13,842 bases of DNA from an uncultured Burkholderiales bacterium. GTDB taxonomy: Bacteria; Vulcanimicrobiota; Xenobia; Xenobiales; Xenobiaceae. The notes under the pieces are model-generated. The model was not told the DNA's origin. It worked only from the letters and a program-made list of their open reading frames with translations, and did no database searches. Within the stretch, counting starts at the first letter, position 1, and every line of letters begins with the position of its first letter. Made by a program: the position numbers and the translations under genes. Shown piece after piece: positions 1 to 6,691 of the stretch. Location of the stretch: positions 1-13,842 of the forward strand of contig CAZQPM010000075.1 in NCBI GenBank assembly GCA_964595195.1, read 5' to 3'.

Positions 1-126
1 CGATGCACGCCTTCCTTGCATCCAGACCCGCCTCGACGCCCTCGGTTCTCACGCCTGGTGGCGGATCGGGGGTCGTTTGAGGACCTTGATTTGTGCCCCT
101 GCGCCCGTTATCCTGACGGAGATATA

Positions 127-176
127 ACGGCGTCCATCAAACCCGGCCGATCCTGCCCTCCTCCGATGGACGGCGT
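127..176. repeat. 12-bp inverted repeat (11 of 12 pairing) separated by 26 nt, forming a potential hairpin in a locally AT-richer patch.
   Basis: ACGGCGTCCATC (127-138) and GATGGACGGCGT (165-176) are reverse complements except for one G-G mismatch. The repeat sits next to gagatataacgg, which is unusually AT-rich for this genome. No downstream U-tract is present. Confidence 0.6.
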
Positions 177-464
177 CCCTGGTCGTCGACCCTTGTGAGG
201 AGGTTCGCCGTACGCTTCGCGGGCAGATCAGCCTGACCGACGACGAGGGCGAGCGGATCGCAAGAGCCGAACCCATGTCGCTGTCGGACCGCTGCATCAA
301 GCGGCAACTCCGCATTCAGGCCCGGGCCGAGGTCGGGGTTCGAACGTTGACCCGGATTCGGGAGGAATCGTGATCCCGGGAGCCTGCCGGAAAACGGAGG
401 CCGTGAAGGCAAGGCAGGGCAATCCAGGACCCGCCTCCACCAGAATCTTCAGGAGGACTGAACG

Positions 465-761
465 TTGTCTATTCAACCGGTCGATTACCACCCGATGTGG
501 GCCAGGCTCGGCCTCGACCTGCCCACGCATGATGCTCTCCTTGAGGCGGTCGGCCAGATTTTCAGCGACGTCTATCTCACCCAGACCAACCGGCCCAAGG
601 GGATGGACTACCTGAACTTCGTGATGAGCCAGGTCCACGGACTGCGAATCCAGGAACTCGATGATTTCCGTTCCCGGGGCGGCAAGGTCTTCGGAACCTT
701 CTGCCTGTACGTTCCCGAGGAGATCCGTGCGCTGCCGGGACCGGCAAGTTCCTCGAGGTGA
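465..761 (+). pseudogene. N-terminal fragment (about 87 aa homologous) of a 2-hydroxyacyl-CoA dehydratase / double-cubane-cluster subunit (HgdB/BcrB/YjiM-like). Truncated remnant.
   Basis: There is a TTG start at 465 with an AGGAGG ribosome-binding site at 451-456 (8-nt spacer). The translation MSIQPVDYHPMWARLGLDLPTHDALLEAVGQIFSDVYLTQTNRPKGMDYLNFVMSQVHGLRIQELDDFRSRGGKVFGTFCLYVPEEI matches the conserved N-terminal region of HgdB-family dehydratase subunits (W.ELG.D...H..L, NRP.GM.Y, HGLRI.EL, GGKV.G.FC.YVPEE). After EEI (to 725) the frame runs into non-homologous residues and a TGA at 759-761. A full subunit would be about 380 aa. Confidence 0.7.
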
Positions 762-1162
762 TGGCGAAGGCCCTCGGCTTCAGCCTGGAGGAGATGGCGG
801 CCCGGGCGCTGGCGGCCCGAACCGGGATCGCGATCTCCAGCATGTGTACTGTCTTCGCTGAAAGCGAGGTGACCGGCCTCATACACCGCGGGGAAGACCG
901 GGGCCGAATCGCGCGCGGCCTGCACGAGTCGATCGCCCGGCGCACACTCAGTTCGCTTCAGCGCGTGAGGGCGCAGGGCCCGTTGGTGTTTGCTGGCGGC
1001 GTGGCCCGAAATCCGGCCATGGTGGCCCTCATTCTCGAGGGCTTCGCGGGCGAGGTGCGGGTTCCGCCAGATCCCCAGATTGTGGGCGCCTATGGAGCTG
1101 CCCTGAGTGCATGTCCGACCCTCCAGGCTCAGGAGGTGGCCTCCACCACCGACTCAGGCTGA
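722..1162 (+). pseudogene. C-terminal half (about 146 aa) of a CoA-substrate-specific enzyme activase (HgdC/BcrA/BcrD-type ATPase). The N-terminal ATP-binding half is missing.
   Basis: Frame +2 from 722 reads DPCAAGTGKFLEVMAKALGFSLEEMAARA...SSMCTVFAESEVTGLIHRGEDRGRIARGLHESIARRTLSSLQRVRAQGPLVFAGGVARNPAMVALILEGFAGEVRVPPDPQIVGAYGAALSA. This matches the HgdC motifs CAAGTGRFLDVMA, TCTVFAESEV, IIAGIHRS and TGGVAQN-(Q)YNGALGAAL. The frame is open upstream only to a TGA at 662-664. The first 100-120 aa of an activase (the GIDGGST ATP-binding segment) are absent. The stop is TGA at 1160-1162. Confidence 0.75.
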
Positions 1163-1392
1163 CCCCGTCGTTCCAGGCTTCCGCTCTCCAATGGAGAGGA
1201 AGAAACCAACGGAAACCCAGGAACTCCCCGAGGCCCAGCAATCCTGGATGCACGCGGGCTCGACGCGACGTTGCCGCCCCCGGTGCCGGATGGGCCGGCG
1301 GACCAGGAAGGACGGCAGTCGGGCCTGTTCAGGTGGCCGTGGCTATCGAGCAGGAGCGGCCGGATTCCGGCCAGGGAGAGCGGGCGGTAATC

Positions 1393-3495
1393 TCAGCGGG
1401 ACTCGGCCACCGCCTTGGCCTGGCCCAGGGGCAGTTCGCCCAGACCCAGGCTGCCAGCCGCTTCCAGAAGCTTCTGCAGGCCCGCCTTCTCGGGCCCCTG
1501 ACTGCGGGCCACCAGGAGGCCCAGGGCCGCCGACAGGGTCAGGCTCTGCAGGTCCCCGGCCGAGAGAGCGGGATGGGAGAGCACCTCCTTGAGGTCCTGC
1601 GGGAGGCTGCGCCCCCCTTCCAGATACTCCGCCGCCAGGTTCCGGGCCACCTGGCTGCGCCCCACGAAGCCGTCCATGGCCTTGCCCAGCGAGACGGCGC
1701 TGAACATCTTGTCCATGAAGGCGCCGTCCCCGCCCACGATATCGATCCTGGCGTTCTTGAAGGCCTCGCCCATCACGTGGGCCTGGTGCTCGGCCACGCC
1801 CAGACGGGTCCTCAGTTCCTCCAAAGCGATCAGGCGCTCGTTCTCCAGGCGCAGGCGATACTCTTCATGACCGCGGCTGGCCTCGTTGAGGGCTGCCATG
1901 GCCTGGGCCTTCTCGGCCAGACCCTTGGCCTCGCCGGTCAGCCTCAGCTCGATGGCGTCGGCCTCGGCTCGAGCCCGTTCCCGCAGCACGGTGACATCGG
2001 CCAGGCCCAGTTTCTCCTGAGCCGGGGCCTTGGCTTCCTGCACCCGGACCTCGGCCATGCCCTGCTTCTCGAAGGCGGCCGCCTGGGCTTCCTGCACCCG
2101 GGCCTCGGCCAGGCCGGGGGCGGCGGTCTCGGCCTGCACGCCCTCGGCCAGGCGGATCTTGGCGGCAGCCGCGCGGTCGGCGGACTGCTGCTCGGCCTCG
2201 GCCAGGGTCAGCATCTCCTTGGAGCGCAGCCGCGAGACCGCCTCGGCGGCCTCGGCCCGACGGATCTCCTTGGCCGCCGCCTCCTCGGCCTCGGCCTGGG
2301 CGGCGATCACGGCGGCCTCCTTCAGGCGGCGGGCCTCCTCGACGACGCGCACGCCCTTGATGCGCTCCTCCTCCTCGGCCACGGTCTTCTCGACGGCCAC
2401 GCGCTCGCGGATGACCTCCTGGATGTTCTTGCGCTGCTCCTCGAGGTCGCGCTCCTTGGCGATGCGCTGCAACTCGACCTCGCGCTCGCGGGCCACGGCC
2501 TCCAGGTCCCTCTCGCGGGTCACCCGCTCCTGCTCGACGGCGATCACCCGCTCGCGGTTCTTCTCGGCCACCTGAACCTCGCGCATCTTGTTCTGTTCCT
2601 GCACGGACAGTTCTTCGTCGGTCTTGATCCGGGCGGTCTCGGAGCGCAGCCTCTCCTCGGCCTGCACCTTCTCGGTCTCGGCCTGCTCGCGGGCCCGCAC
2701 CGTGGCGATCTCGCGATCCTTGCGGGCCTCGGCGTCGGCCTTCTGCCGTTCCAGGTCGAAGATCAGGGCGGCGGCCTCCACGTCCTGTTTGGTGATCTGC
2801 TTCTTGCGGGTGTTCTCCCACTCGTTGGTGCGGATGTGCTCCTGGGCGGTCAACTCGGTGATCTTCTTGATGCCCTGGGCGTCCAGGATGTTCTCGGGGT
2901 CCAGGTTGGAGAGCGGCGTCTGCTCGAGGTGGTCGATGGCCGCGTCCTCCAGGTAGTAGCCGTTCAGGTGGCGACCGATGACCTCGATGATCGCGTCGCG
3001 GAACTTCTCGCGCTGGGTGTAGAGGTCCTCGAAGTCCATCTGCTTGCCCACCGTCTTGAGGGCCTCGGAGAACTTGGCGGCGAAGAGCCGGTCCAGGGTC
3101 TCGGGGTCGCTGGCCCGACGGCAGCCGATATTCTGGGCCACCTGGATCACGTCTTCCTTGGTCTTGTTGACGCGCACGAAGAAGGTGACCCGGATGTCCG
3201 CCCGGATGTTGTCCTTGCAGATCAGCCCCTCCTTGCCGCGGCGGTCGATATCCACCGTGCGCACCGACAGGTCCATGAACTCGGCCTTGTGCCAGATGGG
3301 GAAGACCCAGCCCCCGGTGAAGGTCACCTCGGGGTCCTTGCCGCGCTTGTTGACGATCAGGGCCTGACCCTGCTCGACCAGGATCAGCACGTTGCTGACC
3401 CAGCGGCGGAAGAGGGTCCAGACCAGGGGAATCCCCACCGCCAAGGCGACCAGGATGACCCCCCAGGTAGCGTAGGACTTCAGGGATTCAAGCAC
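1393..3495 (-). CDS. floT: Flotillin-family SPFH/band-7 membrane protein (FloT/YqiK-like), 700 aa, with an unusually long E/A/R-rich coiled-coil (flotillin EA-repeat) region.
   Basis: There is a GTG start at 3495 with a GGAGG 9 nt upstream on the - strand. The N-terminal transmembrane helix is YATWGVILVALAVGIPLVW. The SPFH core reads ALIVNKRGKDPEVTFTGGWVFPIWHKAEFMDLSVRTVDIDRRGKEGLICKDNIRADIRVTFFVRV. A long AEAR/VQEA-type coiled coil follows, then a C-terminal flotillin-like tail. The stop is at 1393-1395. Confidence 0.9.
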   Translation of the reverse strand: MLESLKSYATWGVILVALAVGIPLVWTLFRRWVSNVLILVEQGQALIVNKRGKDPEVTFTGGWVFPIWHKAEFMDLSVRTVDIDRRGKEGLICKDNIRADIRVTFFVRVNKTKEDVIQVAQNIGCRRASDPETLDRLFAAKFSEALKTVGKQMDFEDLYTQREKFRDAIIEVIGRHLNGYYLEDAAIDHLEQTPLSNLDPENILDAQGIKKITELTAQEHIRTNEWENTRKKQITKQDVEAAALIFDLERQKADAEARKDREIATVRAREQAETEKVQAEERLRSETARIKTDEELSVQEQNKMREVQVAEKNRERVIAVEQERVTRERDLEAVAREREVELQRIAKERDLEEQRKNIQEVIRERVAVEKTVAEEEERIKGVRVVEEARRLKEAAVIAAQAEAEEAAAKEIRRAEAAEAVSRLRSKEMLTLAEAEQQSADRAAAAKIRLAEGVQAETAAPGLAEARVQEAQAAAFEKQGMAEVRVQEAKAPAQEKLGLADVTVLRERARAEADAIELRLTGEAKGLAEKAQAMAALNEASRGHEEYRLRLENERLIALEELRTRLGVAEHQAHVMGEAFKNARIDIVGGDGAFMDKMFSAVSLGKAMDGFVGRSQVARNLAAEYLEGGRSLPQDLKEVLSHPALSAGDLQSLTLSAALGLLVARSQGPEKAGLQKLLEAAGSLGLGELPLGQAKAVAESR
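2030..2114. repeat. Imperfect 31-nt direct repeat with a 54-nt (18-codon) period inside the flotillin coiled-coil coding region.
   Basis: ttggcttcctgcacccggacctcggccatgc (2030-2060) and tgggcttcctgcacccgggcctcggccaggc (2084-2114) differ at 3 positions. On the - strand they encode GMAEVRVQEAK / GLAEARVQEAQ. The gcctcggcc motif recurs many times across 1900-2400. Confidence 0.8.
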
Positions 3496-3678
3496 GATTC
3501 GGGACCTCCAACCTCGGATTCCGGGACGGGACCTTCCGGACGAACCTGGTCGGGTCCTGGTCGGGGCCCCGATCCGTTGGAGATCGGGCCCTACGAGGGA
3601 ACGGGCCCCTCCAGCCGCGAACCAGGTCGGTCACCGCGACCCGGCCAGGGTACGATCGACCGATGGGGAGGCCCGGAC
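3496..3678. promoter_or_regulatory. Divergent intergenic region between the flotillin (-) and the purine permease (+). It contains a 7-bp-stem inverted repeat, CCCGATC-n7-GATCGGG, at 3568-3588.
   Basis: This is a 183-nt non-coding gap between the divergent starts at 3495 and 3679. The ribosome-binding sites are a GGAGG for the flotillin and GGGAGG at 3665-3670 for the permease. The palindrome is at 3568-3574 / 3582-3588. No convincing sigma70 -35/-10 pair could be assigned. Confidence 0.4.
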
Positions 3679-5016
3679 TTGCAGCAACTGATCGACCGCT
3701 ACTTTGGAGTCACCCAGGCAGGAAGCACGCTCAAGACCGAGCTCCTGGCCGGCCTGACCACCTTCCTGACCATGGCCTACATCCTCTTCCTGAACCCCCA
3801 GATCCTGGGGGACGCGGGCATGGATACCCGGGCCGTCATGCTGGCCACCGCGCTGGCCTCCGGCTTCGGTTGCCTGGCCATGGGCCTGGTGGCCCGGCTT
3901 CCCTTCGCGCTGGCGCCCGGGATGGGCGTCAACGCCTTCTTTGCCTACACCGTGGTGGCCCAGAAGCACATCCCCTGGCAGGTGGGCCTGGGCGCCGTCT
4001 TCCTGGACGGGCTGCTCTTCCTGATCCTCAGCATCCTGCCGATCCGGGAACGCATCATCCGGGAGATCCCCTACAGCCTGAAACTGGCCACCTCGGGGGC
4101 CATCGGTCTGTTCATCACCTTCATCGGCCTGCGCAGCGCGGGCATCGTGGCCGCGTCCGACGCCACCCTGGTGACCATGGGCCACCTGACCTCTCCCCCG
4201 GTGGCCCTGGCCGTGGGGGGCCTGCTGCTGATGGGCTGGCTTCTGGCCCGCGGGGTGAGGGGGGCCCTGCTGCTGGGGATCCTGGCCGTGACCGTGGTCG
4301 GCCTCTTCGTGCCGGGGGCCGACGGGCCCGTCACCCACCTTCCCCGGGGCGGGGCCCTGGTGGCCCTCCCCGACCTGGGGGTCCTGGGCCTGGTCATGGG
4401 CCAGATGGACGTGGTCGGGGCCCTCGAGATGGGCCTGGTGGTGATCGTCTTCACCTTCACCTTCGTCGACCTCTTCGACACCGCGGGCACCTTCGTCGGC
4501 CTGGGCACGCGCATGGGCTGGATCGACCGCGAACGCCAGAGCTTCCCGGGCCTGGGCCGGGGCCTCGTGGTGGACGCCGTGGCCACCATGTTCGGTGCCT
4601 TCGCCGGGACCAGCACCACCACCACCTACGTCGAGAGCGCCGCCGGCATCTCGGAAGGCGGGCGAACGGGCCTGACCTCGGTCACGGTAGGCCTCCTCTT
4701 CCTGGCCGCCATGGTCTTCGCCCCCCTGGCCGGGGTGGTGCCCGCCCAGGCCACGGCGCCGGCCCTGATCCTGGTGGGCTTCCTGATGCTCGAGCCGGTG
4801 ACCCGGTTGGACCTGATCGACGTCACCGAGGCCCTCCCCGCCTTCCTGACCCTGGTGATCATGCCGCTGACCTACAACATCGCCAACGGGCTGATCTGGG
4901 GCATCACCAGCTATGCCATCCTGAAGGCCCTGACCGGCCGCGGGCGCGAGGTCGGCGTCACCATGTGGGTGCTGGCGATCCTGTTCATCCTGGCCGTGAC
5001 GATGGACCTGCGCTAG
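3679..5016 (+). CDS. NCS2-family nucleobase permease of the AzgA/COG2252 subfamily (adenine/guanine/hypoxanthine permease; PbuG/PurP/GhxP-like), 445 aa.
   Basis: There is a TTG start at 3679 with a GGGAGG 8 nt upstream. The N-terminus MQQLIDRYFGVTQAGSTLKTELLAGLTTFLTMAYILFLNPQIL is the signature start of AzgA-like permeases (compare E. coli AdeP ...[39 protein letters not shown]). The protein has about 12 hydrophobic segments throughout. The stop is TAG at 5014-5016. The upstream part of the 1301-aa ORF 1111..5016 is antisense flotillin and is not part of this gene. Confidence 0.9.
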   Translation: MQQLIDRYFGVTQAGSTLKTELLAGLTTFLTMAYILFLNPQILGDAGMDTRAVMLATALASGFGCLAMGLVARLPFALAPGMGVNAFFAYTVVAQKHIPWQVGLGAVFLDGLLFLILSILPIRERIIREIPYSLKLATSGAIGLFITFIGLRSAGIVAASDATLVTMGHLTSPPVALAVGGLLLMGWLLARGVRGALLLGILAVTVVGLFVPGADGPVTHLPRGGALVALPDLGVLGLVMGQMDVVGALEMGLVVIVFTFTFVDLFDTAGTFVGLGTRMGWIDRERQSFPGLGRGLVVDAVATMFGAFAGTSTTTTYVESAAGISEGGRTGLTSVTVGLLFLAAMVFAPLAGVVPAQATAPALILVGFLMLEPVTRLDLIDVTEALPAFLTLVIMPLTYNIANGLIWGITSYAILKALTGRGREVGVTMWVLAILFILAVTMDLR

Positions 5017-5024
5017 CCGGGCCG

Positions 5025-6242
5025 ATGCAGGACCTCTACGTCGACCTGCACGTGCACATCGGCCGCAACGGCCAGGGCCGGCCCGTCAAGATCACCGCCA
5101 GCCGGCGCCTGACCTTCGCGGCCGTGATCCGCGAGTGCCGCGAGCGCAAGGGCCTGGACATGGTCGGCGTCATCGACTGCGCCTGCACCGGGGTCCTGCA
5201 GGATCTGCGGAAACTGATCGACCAGGGCGAGCTGCTGGAGTTGCCCGAGGGCGGCCTGCGCCACCGAGGGCGGGTCACCGTCGTGGCAGGTGCCGAGGTG
5301 GAGGCCGTCGAGGAGTCCGGGGGCGTCTCACACCACCTGTGCTACTTCCCGTACCTCCGCAACCTGGCCGAGTTCTCCCGGGTCATGTCCGGCTACATCA
5401 CGAACATGGAGCTCTCCTCCCAGCGCTGCGGCCTGCCGGCCCGCGAACTGGCGGCCGTGGTCCATTCCACCGGAGGTATCCTGGTCCCGGCCCACGCCTT
5501 CACTCCCCACAAGAGCGTCTACGGGAACGCGTGCGACCGCCTGGCGGACCTGCTGGGGTCAGGCTGGGAGCAGGTGTCGGCGCTGGAGTTGGGCCTGTCC
5601 GCCGACTCGGCGCTGGCCGACCATCTGCCCGAGCTGGCCGGGGTGACCCTCCTGTCCAACTCCGACGCCCACTCTCCGGAGAGGATCGGCCGGGAGTACA
5701 ACGTGATCCGCATGGAGGCCCCCAACTATCGCGAGCTGGTGCTGGCCCTGCACCGGACCGCGGGCCGCCGGGTGGTGGCCAACTACGGTCTGGACCCGCG
5801 CCTGGGCCGCTACCACCGCTCGTTCTGCACGGTCTGCGAGGCGCCCGTCACGGCCCCTCCCCCGGTGCTGGCCTGCCCCCGATGCGGCGCCGCCGACAAG
5901 CGCTTCGTGCGCGGCGTCCTGGACCGGGTCCGCTCGCTGGCCGGGCGCCAGGGCCCCGAATCGCCCGAGCACCGCCCCCCCTACCGCTACCAGGTGCCGC
6001 TGAGCTTCGTGCCCGGGCTGAGCCGGGCTGGCCTGAACCGCCTGATCGCGCGCTTCGGCAGCGAGATGGCGGTGCTGCATCAGGCCCGGCCAGAGGAGAT
6101 GGCCAGCCTGGTGGGCTGGGAGGTGGCGCGCTCGATCGGGGAAGCCCGCGAGGGCCGCCTCAACCTGGAGGCCGGGGGTGGCGGCCACTACGGCAGGGTC
6201 GCGGCCGGGCCTCACCGCGGGGAGCAGTTGGGCCTGTTCTGA
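5025..6242 (+). CDS. Endonuclease Q (EndoQ) family protein (TIGR00375 / PHP-like fold), 405 aa. It is a predicted endonuclease that nicks DNA 5' of deoxyuridine, hypoxanthine or abasic sites.
   Basis: The ATG at 5025 lies 8 nt after the permease stop. The protein aligns motif by motif with Pyrococcus furiosus EndoQ: DLHVHIG (Pfu DLHIHS), HHLCYFP (HHLLIFP), PAHAFTP (identical), LELGLSADSALAD (LELGLSADSDMAD), LSNSDAHSP (identical), GLDPRLGRYH (GLDPRLGKYH), a zinc finger CTVCE-x13-CPRCG (C..C...CPKCGG), DRPPY (identical) and GGGGHYG (GGGGKYG). The real start is internal to the 859-aa ORF 3663..6242. Confidence 0.85.
   Translation: MQDLYVDLHVHIGRNGQGRPVKITASRRLTFAAVIRECRERKGLDMVGVIDCACTGVLQDLRKLIDQGELLELPEGGLRHRGRVTVVAGAEVEAVEESGGVSHHLCYFPYLRNLAEFSRVMSGYITNMELSSQRCGLPARELAAVVHSTGGILVPAHAFTPHKSVYGNACDRLADLLGSGWEQVSALELGLSADSALADHLPELAGVTLLSNSDAHSPERIGREYNVIRMEAPNYRELVLALHRTAGRRVVANYGLDPRLGRYHRSFCTVCEAPVTAPPPVLACPRCGAADKRFVRGVLDRVRSLAGRQGPESPEHRPPYRYQVPLSFVPGLSRAGLNRLIARFGSEMAVLHQARPEEMASLVGWEVARSIGEAREGRLNLEAGGGGHYGRVAAGPHRGEQLGLF
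6225..6239 (+). other. C-terminal pentapeptide QLGLF of EndoQ, a candidate beta sliding-clamp (DnaN) binding motif.
   Basis: The last five codons before the TGA are cag ttg ggc ctg ttc. This fits the bacterial clamp-binding consensus QL[SD]LF / QLxLF, located at the extreme C-terminus as in Pol IV and Pol II. Archaeal EndoQ carries a C-terminal PIP box for PCNA at the equivalent position. Confidence 0.4.
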
Positions 6243-6267
6243 GGGTCGCCTTCAGCACCACACGCCT

Positions 6268-6684
6268 TCAGGACTCCAGGTAGCGCATCACGTCCGCGGG
6301 ATACTCGACGTGGTAGACCAGGGAAAGGGTGTGACCCGTCAGGGTGCTGGCCCGGGGCACCAGGTTCTGCTCTTCCAGAATCATCGAGAAGTAGCGGCGC
6401 AGCCGGCGCCCCAGGGCCGTGTTGGCGGTCTGCACGTGGTAGCGCACGGGCTTCAGGCCGTGGATGTGCAGGGTCACCTCCTGCTGGAGCCGCCCGATCG
6501 TGGCGTACATCTGGATCCGGGAGTTCGAGCGCTGGCGAGCGCACACCACGAAGCGGGGAGGCTGGGCCTCGCGGGCATTCAGGAATTCGACCAGGCGGTG
6601 CAGGATCTTCAGGAAGTGCTCCTCGGCACGAGTGAACCGGAAGAAGGTCTGCTCGAACCGGTGCATCTGCTCGGCCTCGAACAT
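6268..6684 (-). CDS. Hypothetical cytoplasmic protein, 138 aa, His-rich. It lies immediately downstream of the DtxR-family regulator (7-nt gap).
   Basis: The start was chosen at the internal ATG 6684 (MFEAEQMHRFEQTFFRF...) with a GGAGG 13 nt upstream. Before that Met, the ORF's in-frame N-terminal extension would overlap the DtxR tail. The stop is TGA at 6268-6270. The protein has no transmembrane segment. It has many His residues (MHRF, EEHF, ILHRL, TLHIHGL, RYHV, GHTL, YHVEY) and no recognisable family from sequence alone. Confidence 0.5.
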   Translation of the reverse strand: MFEAEQMHRFEQTFFRFTRAEEHFLKILHRLVEFLNAREAQPPRFVVCARQRSNSRIQMYATIGRLQQEVTLHIHGLKPVRYHVQTANTALGRRLRRYFSMILEEQNLVPRASTLTGHTLSLVYHVEYPADVMRYLES

Positions 6685-6691
6685 CGGGACG

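Noticed and set aside
340-360. tRNA T-loop-like GGGGTTCGAACG
   Set aside because: No matching acceptor or anticodon stems are present around it, and the flanks cannot form a cloverleaf. The match is to the TTCGAA hexamer only.
1172-1196. Stem-loop CTTCCgCTCTCC-aat-GGAGAGGAAG between the convergent activase remnant and flotillin, as a possible intrinsic terminator
   Set aside because: No U-tract follows on either strand. In high-GC genomes such hairpins are common, so a terminator call is not supportable.
1865-2821. 318-aa Gly/Arg-rich ORF on the - strand, and similar ORFs at 2030..2575, 3631..4338, 4071..4625, 5135..6283, 5559..6215, 6178..6903, 7937..8656, 8974..9918, 9611..10783, 10615..12057, 11546..12391, 12154..12693 and 12509..13810
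   Set aside because: All overlap well-supported genes in another frame or on the other strand. All have extreme R/G/P/A composition typical of off-frame translation of GC-rich coding DNA, and none shows family-like motifs.
3496-3678. Possible purine riboswitch ahead of the AzgA-type permease
   Set aside because: The conserved purine-riboswitch core (the U-rich junction and the paired P2/P3 loops) is not recognisable here. The region is too GC-rich and too short upstream of the ribosome-binding site.
1111-5016. 1301-aa ORF on the + strand
   Set aside because: Its first about 2.5 kb is antisense to the flotillin gene and translates to L/G/A-rich low-complexity sequence. Only the last 445 aa, from TTG 3679, are the real permease. 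Such long antisense ORFs are expected in 70% GC DNA because stop codons are rare.
3663-6242. 859-aa ORF on the + strand
   Set aside because: Its N-terminal 454 aa are an alternative frame over the permease gene and are R/P/G-rich with no homology. The real EndoQ starts at ATG 5025.
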